This document shows, in pieces, positions 1 to 10,400 of a DNA stretch of 64,000 nt (positions are counted from its first letter, which is position 1; each line of letters opens with the position of its first letter). The stretch covers positions 1,919,451 to 1,983,450 of the forward strand of contig MU058289.1 in the NCBI GenBank assembly GCA_013265495.1, read 5' to 3'. The translations under genes were made by a program, and so were the position numbers. Origin of the DNA: Vicugna vicugna. Taxonomy: Eukaryota. The notes under the pieces are model-generated. The model made no database searches. It saw only the letters and a program-made list of their open reading frames with translations, and was not told the DNA's origin.

Positions 1-1192
1 TGCAGGTTCAGCCACTGCTATAATCCTGGCCTTATACTGGTTAGTCTGTGGATATGCCCACAATTCTTCATTCATCAGCAATAGAGGACTGGGGATGGGG
101 GAGGACGTGAGGTCACCCATGGGCTGGAAAGTTAAAATCCCTGAGCGTGCCGGGAACTTCTTCGAGTCCCAAGAGTGGTGGAGATAAAGGCACAGCTTGT
201 CACGTTGCATCTTTTTTCTGCTGCAATACAATTCTTTGATCTCTTTGGACTGGGAACAGGGGCTGACCCTTCCCTGGGCAAAGGGCAGAGTGTCCACACC
301 TTCCTGGGCATTTCCAAGCTGATGTGCATATGTGTGTGTGCATGTGGGTGAGCACTGAAACAGGCCATCCAGATTCTTCCATGGAGGCTGAGGGGAAGCT
401 CCACGTAGAACTGGCTGCACCTCTCAGGGGATGGGGTGTGAGTAATGGGTGCCCAGCCTTGAGAGCTCTTAGAATTAAGCTCCTCACAAGGGTTCCCCTC
501 TCAGCCCAGAGTCTCCTTCCCTCTGCTGGCCACCCCCTGCCCCATGGCTGTCCCCAGCATGAGTTTCCTGAGCTCATTTCCCTCTGGTATGTGTGGGTTT
601 CCTCCTGCAGCCAATGAACACAGGTCCCTTCACCAGAAGGGACCTTCTGCACACTCAGTTTTCCTCCACACTGCCGGGTTTCCTTAATTATTTTCTTCTG
701 GTGATGGCAGCTGGCTCTGCTAAATCACTTCTCCTCCTCAGAGTCTCAGATATGGGAATTTACTCTGCTTGTCAGTCCTGTCAACCTGTCAAGGTGCGAT
801 GGCGCTTATTTATATTCCTTTTCTGGAGCAAATGAATCATGCCAGATTTGGCCGAGAGTGGGGCTGAGGAGCCACTTACAAAAGGCATCTTGCCGGCGGG
901 TGAAGTCGGATGAGTATGTGCTTACAGAGGTCACAGCTGTGACCTTCCACTGGCACCGTCCTCACAGCCTGGAGGGTGGTGGGCTGTGGGGCCTGACCTA
1001 TTTTATCTGTGCAGACTGGACAAGAGGGCACTGAACCCAAAGAGTTTCCAAGGTTGGCCCACTAGAAGACAGGTGGGGCCAGAGCTCTAGACAAAGACCC
1101 TGCTGGACAGCGCCCAGGGCTCAGTGAGTCTCCTGACATCTTGGTTACTTTTGCCCAACAAAGCCAATGTGGCTGCAACTGCCCGCTTTGGG

Positions 1193-1225
1193 AAAACAAA
1201 CAAACAAACAAACAACAAACAAAAC
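1193..1225. repeat. (AAAC)n microsatellite
   Basis: aaaacaaacaaacaaacaaacaacaaacaaaac. Confidence 0.85.
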
Positions 1226-1562
1226 AGAATTATCTTGTGGAAAACCCAATAGCAGATCTTATGTGGAGCCTGAGTTTGCCACAAGCTGCATGTTCCTGAC
1301 CTTGAACTTATGACAGCTTGTTTGTGAAGACTGAAACTGACCCATGTAGCCACTTTGGAATAAAGAAAGAAACAACGGAGGAAATGTAATGGGCTCGCCC
1401 GCTGGCCGGGGGCCAAGTGTCCATACTTTTTCCGTGGAGGAAGCTGCTCCTTCATGCACTGCGCAGATAAAGGCTGAAGCAAAGACCGTCTCCAGCTCAG
1501 AGTGCAGCGACGAGGAATCTTGGGCATCTTGAGGCAGGGGGACGTTCCCCAGAGGGCTGCAC

Positions 1563-1583
1563 TTCAGGACCCTGGACAGCTCC
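1563..1583 (+). promoter_or_regulatory. RE1/NRSE-like (REST) site 1
   Basis: TTCAGGACCCTGGACAGCTCC versus consensus TTCAGCACCNNGGACAGCGCC. Canonical 2-bp spacer, with a C>G change in the left half. Confidence 0.55.
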
Positions 1584-3319
1584 GAGGCGCGCCAGAGGAA
1601 GGGCTCTGCCTCTGCTACACCAGGAGGAAGGTACTGCCGCCAGGAGCCCCCAGAACCCGTGCCATGGGGGACTTAGAGCAGGGCTTGGCCTCAATGTAAC
1701 ACCGCCAGCCCCCCTCCAAGCCCTCAAATAAGTGTGCAGTCTAGATAAAAGCCATGCCCTCAGCCTCCCCTTCCATCCAAAATCATCACGTTGCCTCTCA
1801 CATCCCATGTCTCCCTACCCCGACACTGTGACAGGAAACCCCAAGGAGAGTCATGTACACGATCCACTTTCAGAGTCTGAGTCACTTGTCTTCTCCTTTC
1901 AGCATAATATTAACAACCTGTAAGGGAGCCCTTCCCCCTGAAATGGTGAGAAATAAACAACCACTTTCTCTTTTTGGACAGAGAACATTCGCAGAGCAGT
2001 TGAAACACACGCAGGATGATAAGAGTGAGCATTGGTGAGAATAAACAAGGCATGAGTTATTGGGGCTGCCAAGTGTGCTCCACACTGTGAGCTCTTCATT
2101 GGCTGAAGATTTTCTTCTGAACATTTGGCTGAAAAGCTTTCTGGTTCCCTGCCAAGGGGAGGCAGAGGCTGATGTGAGGGTATGTTAGGCCAGGTTCCTA
2201 TAATGAGGCCACACTGCCTGGGTCTGGAGCAGAGCAGGGGCAGGGGCTTCAACAAGCACGTGGGCTGTTGGGGAGGAGGGTCCTTTACCCACTGTTTTCT
2301 GAATCACAGGAGGGACATCTGCTGCATTCAATTCAAAAGCCCCAATCCTGGATGCTCACTGGGGCTGGGGGCTGAGGACCAGGCTTTTGGTGAGGCTGTG
2401 TAGACAGGTGACACTGACATGAGTCAAAACAGGACTCAAGTGCCTAGAAGGGTATGTTTCACGAGCTCTTGACCCCCTGGTCCCAGGTTGGTCATGTTTG
2501 AAGAGAGTGACTGCTATTAAGGCTGTTCAAATCCCAGCCCTGGGCCCTGATGGTCAGTAGGGAGAGGGTCTTATCACTGTGAACACTGCAGCCTTGGGGA
2601 AGTCATGGCCATCTTGAAGGAGTCAGACCCACAAAGAGGGACAGAGATGGGGAAGAACTGAAGGGGTCAGGAGAGGCCACAGGGCTTGAGGGTAAGTCCA
2701 AAGTCCCTGCCCTGTGCAGAGTTTCAGACTTATGGTCCTTGGATTCCCTGGAGTTTCTAACACCAAGCTGTGTTTCCTCGGTTCTTTTTCCATGGCCTGG
2801 CTCTTCTGTGGCTGAGCCTATATGGTGGATGGCCCCACACCCACCTGTGCCATCCACCCACATATCCACTTACGCTGCTCAGCAGGCCAGGAAACTTCCA
2901 GTGGTTTCAAGCTGAGTCAGGCCAGGAGAAACACCAAAGGCAAGTCCCTCACCGCACCTTGGCTTCTCCATGCATAAGATCCTGTGTCCAAGTGTCAGTC
3001 CCACCCCAGATTTGCTGGCAGTCACATCTGGTGGGACAAACACTGTTGCCCTGCTCTGCCGTTTCCACATTCCAATTAGAAAGAAGTATATCCTGCACCT
3101 AGCATGTGTGCTGGGAGGAAGACCTTCACGCCCTGGGGCTGCCCTGCATGGCTGGCCAGTGTACGAGACATCACATAAGTCAGATGAGCCACAAGGTGTG
3201 AAGCAGGGCTGATGGCAGGAAAAAATGCAGTCAGAGTGCATGTGCTGCCCGCTGGGGTCCGGAGAGAAAATTCTGAGGGAGCTGCCAGGCTCCACTCCAA
3301 AGGAAGTCTGTAAGGTTTC

Positions 3320-3965
3320 TGAATGAGGGTCTTCCAGAGAAACAATCCATAGGAGATACATATATATATAGAGAGAGGGTGAATTATTTTAAGGAATTGG
3401 CTCATGCAGTTATGGGCACTTTGTGAAATCTGCAGGGCAGGTCAGCAGGCTGGAGACCCAGGGAAGAGTGGATGGTGCAGCTCAAGTCTGAGGGCCATCT
3501 CAGAATTCCTTCTTCCCTAGGGGACCTCAGTCTTTTCTCCTAATGCCTTCCACTGATTGGATGCGGCCCACCCACATTCTGGAGGGTAATCTGCTTTACT
3601 CAAAGTCTAATGATTTAAAGGTTAATCACAGGGAGGAGGGTATAGCTCAATGGTAGAGCACACGCTTATTGTGTACAAGGTCCTGGATTCAATTCCCAGT
3701 ACCTCCATTAAAATAAATAAGCAAATGAATGAATAAACCTAATTACCTCCCTGTATCAAAAAGAAAAAAAATAAAGAAAAGAAAAAAGAAAAGAAAAGAA
3801 AAAAAAAGAAAAGAAAAAAAAGAAAAACAAATCTCAAAAAAGGAATAAAAAAATTAAAGGTTAATCACACCTAAAAATTATCTTCACAGTAACATCTAGA
3901 CTGCTGTTTGACCAAACATCTGGGCACCATAACTTCGTCAAGTTGGTTTATAAACTTAAGCATCC
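3320..3965 (-). mobile_element. MLT2-type (ERVL) solo LTR, interrupted by a SINE
   Basis: Diagnostic blocks: ggtcttccagagaaaca..., aaggaattggctcatg, tgattggatgcggcccacccacatt, aatctgctttactc, tgtttgaccaaacatctgggcacc. Confidence 0.8.
3631..3853 (+). mobile_element. tRNA-derived SINE, camelid Vic-1 type, with A-rich tail and 16-bp TSD
   Basis: A box TAGCTCAATGG at 3643-3653, B-box-like GGATTCAATTCC at 3685-3696, AAACCTAATTACCTCCC body motif and a long A/GAAAA tail. Perfect TSD TTAAAGGTTAATCACA at 3615-3630 and 3854-3869. Confidence 0.9.
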
Positions 3966-3984
3966 CGGTGGGTATATTTTGTTC

Positions 3985-4329
3985 TTTAAAAAGAACGAAC
4001 ATTTATTCTCTCACAGTCTGGAGGCCAGAGGTCTAAAATGAAGGTGTTAGCAGGGAGGTGCTCCCTCTGCAGCCTCCAGGGGAGCATCCTTCCTGGCCTC
4101 TCTCAGCTTCTGGTTGACCAGGTGTTTCTTGGCTGTGGCAATTTAAATCCAATTTCTGCCTCTGTCTTCACATGGCTGTCTTGGGTACCTATCTCTTCTC
4201 TGGTTGTTTTGAATTAGGGCCCATCCTAATGACTTCATCCTGATCACATCTAAAAAGACCCTATAATGTGGTCATGCTCACAGGTTCAACCCATTGTGGG
4301 GGAGTGAGGACACAATCCGACCCACAACA
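3985..4329 (-). mobile_element. MLT1 (MaLR) LTR, MLT1C/D-like
   Basis: catttattctctcacagtctggaggccagaggtc, ctgcctctgtcttcacatggc, ttagggcccatcctaatgac, ending gacacaatccgacccacaaca. Confidence 0.8.
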
Positions 4330-5402
4330 AGGAGTGGCGAGATTTCAGGGGGCTTTAAGAGCATGTGAAGGCAGGGCAGGAATGGCCTGGAGGAGGTGAG
4401 AAAATACTTACCCTGTTGGGTTGGGTTGTCCAATCAGTAGCAAAGGATTGTGTTAGTTCTCTGTGTTCTTTGGGGGCAGGGACTATATCCTGTCCACCTG
4501 TGTTATTGGCAGAAGCTTCACAAATTCTTGTAGAAAAGCAGATGCTGTCTGGACTGAGAGCTGGCCCTGGACGTAGCGGTGGGTGTTGGGCTTTTCTCTG
4601 AAGAAGCTGGGCCCAGGGCTCTGGCTGGAGTCTGCCAACCCCTGGCCTGGCTGCCGGGGAAGGCTCTGTGTGTCTGGGGGCAGCTGCCAGCTCAGCACCC
4701 AGATACAGACAGGAGCTGCCCCGGCTGAGGGTCTGTCCACCCCACCCTGATGTGTGAGGTCTGTGGGGTCAGAACTAGGACACGTCCAGCTGGCTGCCTC
4801 CCCCTGCCATCAGCGGGGCACGCAGCAGGGGCCTGCCCGCCGGTGGCTGCACCTCCTCTGGCTCTTCTCCCACCAGCTCAGGCTCCACCCTTTGGAGGGG
4901 CAAACCCTCTCCACTCCCCATTGGCCTCTGCCTGCCTCATTTTGAGCGGCTCCCTTCAACTAGGCAGATTGTTAATTTATGCAGATTAGATGCAAAACTG
5001 AAGTTTAAACACACTCAGCAATTAGAGAGCAGCCTGGGCTCAAGGCACAGAATTCAGATAGAAGAAGCCTCACCAGAGGACCTTAAACCCTCACTTGTGT
5101 TCACTAGAAAATTCAACTCATTAAATTCTCTGCTAAGGCCTCTGTGCACAGCTGTGCCACCTCTGCTGCCCCCAGGGTCCAGGGCAGGGAAACGGGGCTC
5201 CAATTCCTGCCTCTGGTGGTGGGGATGGGGGGGGTGCTTCTTTAGGTTGCTCTGAGACAACCCAGCTCATAGTGGTGTCACACATTTTCAGCCTAGATCA
5301 GAGCAGGGGCTTCCTCTTCCTTCACTTAGAGACTCCACTGAGTCATAGCTATTAACAGGGGACAGTATATTTAAGAAGAAGAAGAAAAAAAGAGAGAATG
5401 AG

Positions 5403-5520
5403 GACCTTGACCTCACTGAATCTTAGTCTCCTCATCTGTAAAATGGGATAAAAATTCCCATCTCACCGATCCCACAATGTGCAAATGAAATGATGCACAG
5501 TGCTGGGCACAAAGAGCGCA
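5403..5520 (+). mobile_element. MIR SINE fragment
   Basis: MIR core: ctcctcatctgtaaaatgggata ... cagtgctgggcaca. Confidence 0.7.
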
Positions 5521-6494
5521 TGGGATGGAAGCCGCCGGCTCCCGGTGCTCCAATCACCTGGATCCCTTCCTGGTAGCTGAGTTTCCCTGAGCCCAGCTCC
5601 TGCACCAGCGCAGGGGCTCTGGGAGCTGTCTGTTGGGGAGGGAAGTGGGCATCTTCCCGTCTTGGGCTGATGGGCACCTGATGGCTCTGACCGCTACTTG
5701 TTTTGTTTAGCGATTCCATTGCCTCGCCTCTGTGATTAGGATCTACGATTCAACTGGGTAGTTCCCTGTCAGCTTAGCCTTGGCTGTGAATTCCCTTGGA
5801 GCTGTCAGAGTGGAGCATCGGAGCTGCCTGTCAGTCAACCAGCCAGCCAGTTAGCCGGTCTGCAAACCCAACAGCTGTCCTGCCACTCCACATCCCACCC
5901 CCCATCTGCCCATCACTTGGTTGCAGGAGGAAGGGGGTGGTGTGTCCCCGAGCATCCTCTGTGTGTCCTGTCCACAAGGGAGGGGTCCCCAGCTCCTGCT
6001 TTGAAGCTTTCCTCTGTCAGAGCCTGTGGGTGACTCCACCATGTTTGGGGTGTGTGTGGCCCCAGCATACATGCCATGCACTGCACTGCACCCCCATGTG
6101 TGCATGCTGCATGGAACAGGGCTCATGCTGTTTTGTGCTGTGTTGTACCATGTGTGCCGAGAGAATGCATCACATCACATCTCTGTACTGCACACTTGCA
6201 GGCTTCTGCTGTGTGCTGTGGCCTGTCCTGGGTGGAGAGTGTGTTCACAGCCATGTACAGTTTCTGAGAGCCCATGGCACGTGGTTTAGGGCAGGTCACA
6301 CCTTTTCCTCCCTTCAACACACATTGGCCTGGAAGGATAAGTAGGAGCTAGTGCATGCTGCTGCAGATGAGAAAGAATTAAGTTTGTGACACTTGCCAGC
6401 AAAGCCACAGTGCCCCTGGCAGCCCCCATCTCTTCTTACCCTGCAGTATGAGATTTGGTGGCAGAGCACAGTCACACAGGCCACCACCATCTGT

Positions 6495-7495
6495 CCTTTC
6501 ACTCTACACTGACTGAGTACTGTATGAGCCAGGCAGTGTCTCAGGCACCGGTGACGGTGTCTTGGCCATGAACAGGGCAGTCGTGGCCCCGCCCTCATGG
6601 AGTTTACAGTCTAGCAAGGAGGTGAGGCTCTGAAGTTCCACGTGTGATGGCAGCAATGAAGGACGTGGCAGGCAGCATGGCGTGGGAGACGTCAGCAAGA
6701 CCAGGGCATCAGGTGAGGCCTCTCTAAGGTAGTGACAATTAATTGGCACCGGGCGGTAATGAGGTCATTCCTGGCAGAGGTTGGTGGCCTTGCACCATGA
6801 CAGCAGGGCTCATGGGACAAAGAGATGCAGAGACTGGCGGGTGTCAGGAAATGGCAGGACCACGGTGGCTGCAAGCAAGGGGCCTTATGGTCCTGGTAAA
6901 GGCAGCAGAACTTACCTTCTCTCCTAAGACCCAAGGGGAACCTAGAAGGGCTTTGAGCCATGAGGTACGTTGAATTTACGGGCCATTCTGAGATGAAGAG
7001 CTGAAGACAGAAGCAGAAAGGCTGGTCAGCAGAAGTGACCATTGTCCAGGCAGGAGATGTCTGAGGCCTGGACCCAGGTGATGATGACAGGAGGTGGAGA
7101 AAAGATGCGGAGGGTATTTCAGGAGGAATAATCTGCAGGGCGGTGTGCTGCTAAATGTTTAACAACTGGCTCCTTGGGTGATGGGGTGGGGGTAGGGCGG
7201 AGCCTAATTTGTAGTATTTGCTGATTTCTGGGGTGTAAATACTCCTACTGTGGCAGATTTCAAGCTAATTATGTGAACGTGGTGTTGCTGGGCCCCCGTG
7301 GGCTGGTACCAGCCAGCTCCTGCAGCTGCCTGCTTCAGCAGGACCTGGGGACTGACTGAGTGCAGAATAAGGGAGAGTCTGGCTTCGGACTTGAGCAGTG
7401 GGTGGATGCTGGGACCATTTCCTGCAAAGAGGGGCAGGCTCTCGTTGAGTCTGAGATGCCTGTGGGTCTCCCAAGAGTAGACATCCAGAAGGCAG
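6495..7495 (-). mobile_element. L2 LINE 3' region, degraded and interrupted by MER63
   Basis: tgagccaggcagtgtc...ccctcatggagtttacagtctag (L2 3' end reversed), gaagggctttgagc, gttgagtctgagatgcctgtgg...gacatcc. Confidence 0.6.
7138..7328. mobile_element. MER63-like hAT DNA transposon
   Basis: ggtgtgctgctaaatgtttaacaactggctc ... atttgtagtatttgctgatttctggggtgtaaatactcc...gatttcaagcta ... ccagctcc. Confidence 0.7.
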
Positions 7496-10400
7496 GGGAC
7501 AGAGAGGGAAGGAGGGACAAGCAAGGGGTAGGGGCAGCTGTATGAGCCGGGGGCACATTCCACAGCCTGTGGCTGTCCAGGGTTGGTGGCGGTGTGGGAC
7601 CCGCACTTTCCAGAGGACAGAAGGCAGGGCTGAGGCAGCCAATTACCTGAAGCACCGGCAGTGGGTGCTTTTGTCCAGAGCCCGTGGGGCACCACAGCTT
7701 GGGCTCTGAGTGGTTGTGGCCATGTTTAATGGGATGGATGTAACGGTTCCTCCTGTGTGGCTATCAGGACCCCTGGTGACTGCTCTCCAGCCAGCTCTGC
7801 AGAAGGGGGCCGAATTTGGCTTAGATATTGGTGAGTTCCCACCTGGGGTTACCAGAAAATAAAAATGAGTGAGTCATGCTGGAGCCTGAGGTGGCCCCAC
7901 CGAGGGGCTGCCTGCTTGCAGGAGAAATGCCAACATCACCGGCTGGTCCAGGCCTGTGACAGACACTTCTTCAGCGGAGCCGAGCCAGGCCAGCGGAGGC
8001 CACCAGCAGGGCAGTCTCATTATTGCGGTGGCCTGGCTGCAAGATAATGATCGGCCTGGCTCCAGCCGGCTTTAGGATGTGATGTTCCGGCCACGGCGTC
8101 AATTACTGAGCTGGGCTGTGGCTGTCAGACCCGCCACAGCTGTTGCCTGCAATGCCTGGAGAGCCACGGAAGTAAATCCTAGTTGATGGTTCCTTGAAGT
8201 GCACCCCTCTACCTGCTGCCAGACAGCTCGGAGAGGGAGGTGCTCCAGGCCCCCAGGGGGGAGTCAGGCTCCTGCAACTGAGGCTGCAAAGAGCTGCCCA
8301 GGGGCTTGGGGATGGATATGCTGATCCTCAGCGGGGCACTCCAGATGATCGTGCACCGGTGGTCGCCACTGTCCCCTGACTGTACCCAGAGGGGCCCCCA
8401 GCCCCAACTCCAACACCGCCTAGGCTCAGCCTGTCTCCAGTGTCTCTTCCAGCACCTCTGGGACCACTGAGGGGCAGTGCAGTGGCATTTCAGAGATCAT
8501 CCTGTGTGTCCCCTGAGCAGAATTGGGTCCCTGGTGACTCACGGATCACATGGGTAAGGTTGGTGGTGCCTGGAGCACCTGGGGGCCCTGGAGGTCAGTC
8601 CTGCTGTTCTCTCCCACGGGTCTGGAGAGCTGCCATCCACATCTAAGAGGAGAGGTGACTCTCCCAAGGCAGGGCCCTGAGAGTGGAGTTGGGTCCAGCC
8701 AAGGACTGCACAACCAGCAGCTCAGAAATCCTCTGGCCTGAGGATTTGGCTGGTTCTCCTAAGAGGTAAGCCCCAGAGTACAGATGTAAATTCTGGCCTT
8801 GGCAGTGGCTGGTTGTGGGAACGTCACTTTCCTTGGACATCTGGCTGAGACCCACTTCCTCTCCCTTCTGGTTGGCCAGCCCTTGGCTCTGTCCAGCTTA
8901 GCTCCCTGGGGTCCAGCTAGCAGTGGACCCCACTGGGCTGGCAGTGGGCTGACTACGGCAGCCTCAGGCCATCCTGGGAAGCACAGACGTCCTATCCTGC
9001 CACTGCTCCCCCACAGCGTGTTGGGGCTGGGCTCCACACCACGTCACACAGCCCTGCAAACACCCACAGGCCCAGTGCATCCAGCTTCTGGCTCATGACC
9101 AATCCTGGGGCACTGACCGCGTGACTGGGAAAAGTGGGGAGGGCAGAGGGGCCCTGTGGGCTGCATGTTCAAAGGTCTTTCTGGAGGCAACTGGGGAATG
9201 GCCTGCAGAAGAGTAAGGCATAAAGAAAGGGGAAAACTGACTCATATCTCCTAACGTAGGTGAGCAATGGTGGGCCCGAACTCAGGAAGGGCAGGGAGAT
9301 GAGAAGGGGAGAGTAGATTCTGGAGGATGACCAGGTGGGAGCACTGGAGGGCTTGGTGGGTCAGGAGTACGAGAGGTGAAGGTGAGGGAACTGTCTGGGG
9401 GACCAGCCAGCGTATACATGCCGTCAGAGGGAGGTTCGGGAGAGGGAGGAGCCAACCGGAGGAAGACCAGCCCCTGGGCTTGGCCATCTAGAGCCTGACA
9501 CCCAAGTCTTGAGTAAAGCCTGCAGGTAGAGGCGCTCTGCTGGAGACAGTGTCCAGACATACCATGAAACCCAGCCCAAACTTCCAACATCCTTGAAACA
9601 GGGGCCCATATAACACTGCCTAACAACACCCTCATTAGCTCTGAGCACAGGAATTTTAAGTGGACCTGCACCCTGGCAATGACATCCAGAATTTTCACAA
9701 ATGTCCAATGTTCTTAGAATTTGCCAAAATCTTTAAGGAAATCCCTCAGCAGAGACCCCCGCTCCGTGTCCCCTCCCCTGTCCAGGATTTTGGGGCTGTC
9801 TCCTTAACTCTGAGAGGCACCCTTCTCGGGGAACTCAATGTGGGCCTTTGCCTGGGTCGGGGCGCGGCTGCCGGTTTCCTGGAAGGCAGGTCTGAGGTCC
9901 CCCTGAACGTTCCCTTCAAGGCTCAGCAGTTCTCCTCTTAGCCTTGGCCTGCACATTAGCAGCAAACCCCTGGAAATTAGACCCGCCAGCTTTGCAAATA
10001 GAACATGGTCCCTGTGTAATGGCTGCTCGAAGGGTGGCGAGGGTCACCGTGAACAGAGAGCTAAAGAAGATGTTCTGAGCTGTTTTCCTGTTTTCTTTGA
10101 AGTCCAACCAGCGGCTGCTCTCAGGACGACGCATGCCGATCACAGGCATAGACGCGGCCCCTCCCAGCTGTGTGCATTTCCTTTGGAATTAAGACTCCTG
10201 TCTGGACTGCCAGGCACGGGTTTGGGGCTCCTCTTTGCAGTCATGAATGTGCTACTGCACAAAACAAAAGCAGCCTGGCTCGTCCCTTCGTCCTTCCAAA
10301 GCCTGTGTGCGGTGGAGACGAGGGGCTGCCCGTGTTGTTGCAGATGGGGCCATCTTCTCCAGAATTAATGATTCTCTGGCTGGGTGAGAACAGCTCAGCC

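Noticed and set aside
1285..1320. Minus-strand KFKVRN resembling the next CHST8 exon (IKFNIRPRQP)
   Set aside because: The match is too weak, there is no RPRQP continuation, and no fitting acceptor/donor pair.
3631..3706. Possible tRNA gene
   Set aside because: It is followed by a SINE body, A tail and TSD, and its anticodon arm and B box are degenerate. It is a SINE head, not a tRNA.
7998..8480. CTCF-like motifs (CCACCAGCAGGGCAG; CCACTGAGGGGCAG)
   Set aside because: Both have mismatches or register shifts at core positions and cannot be supported without PWM scoring.
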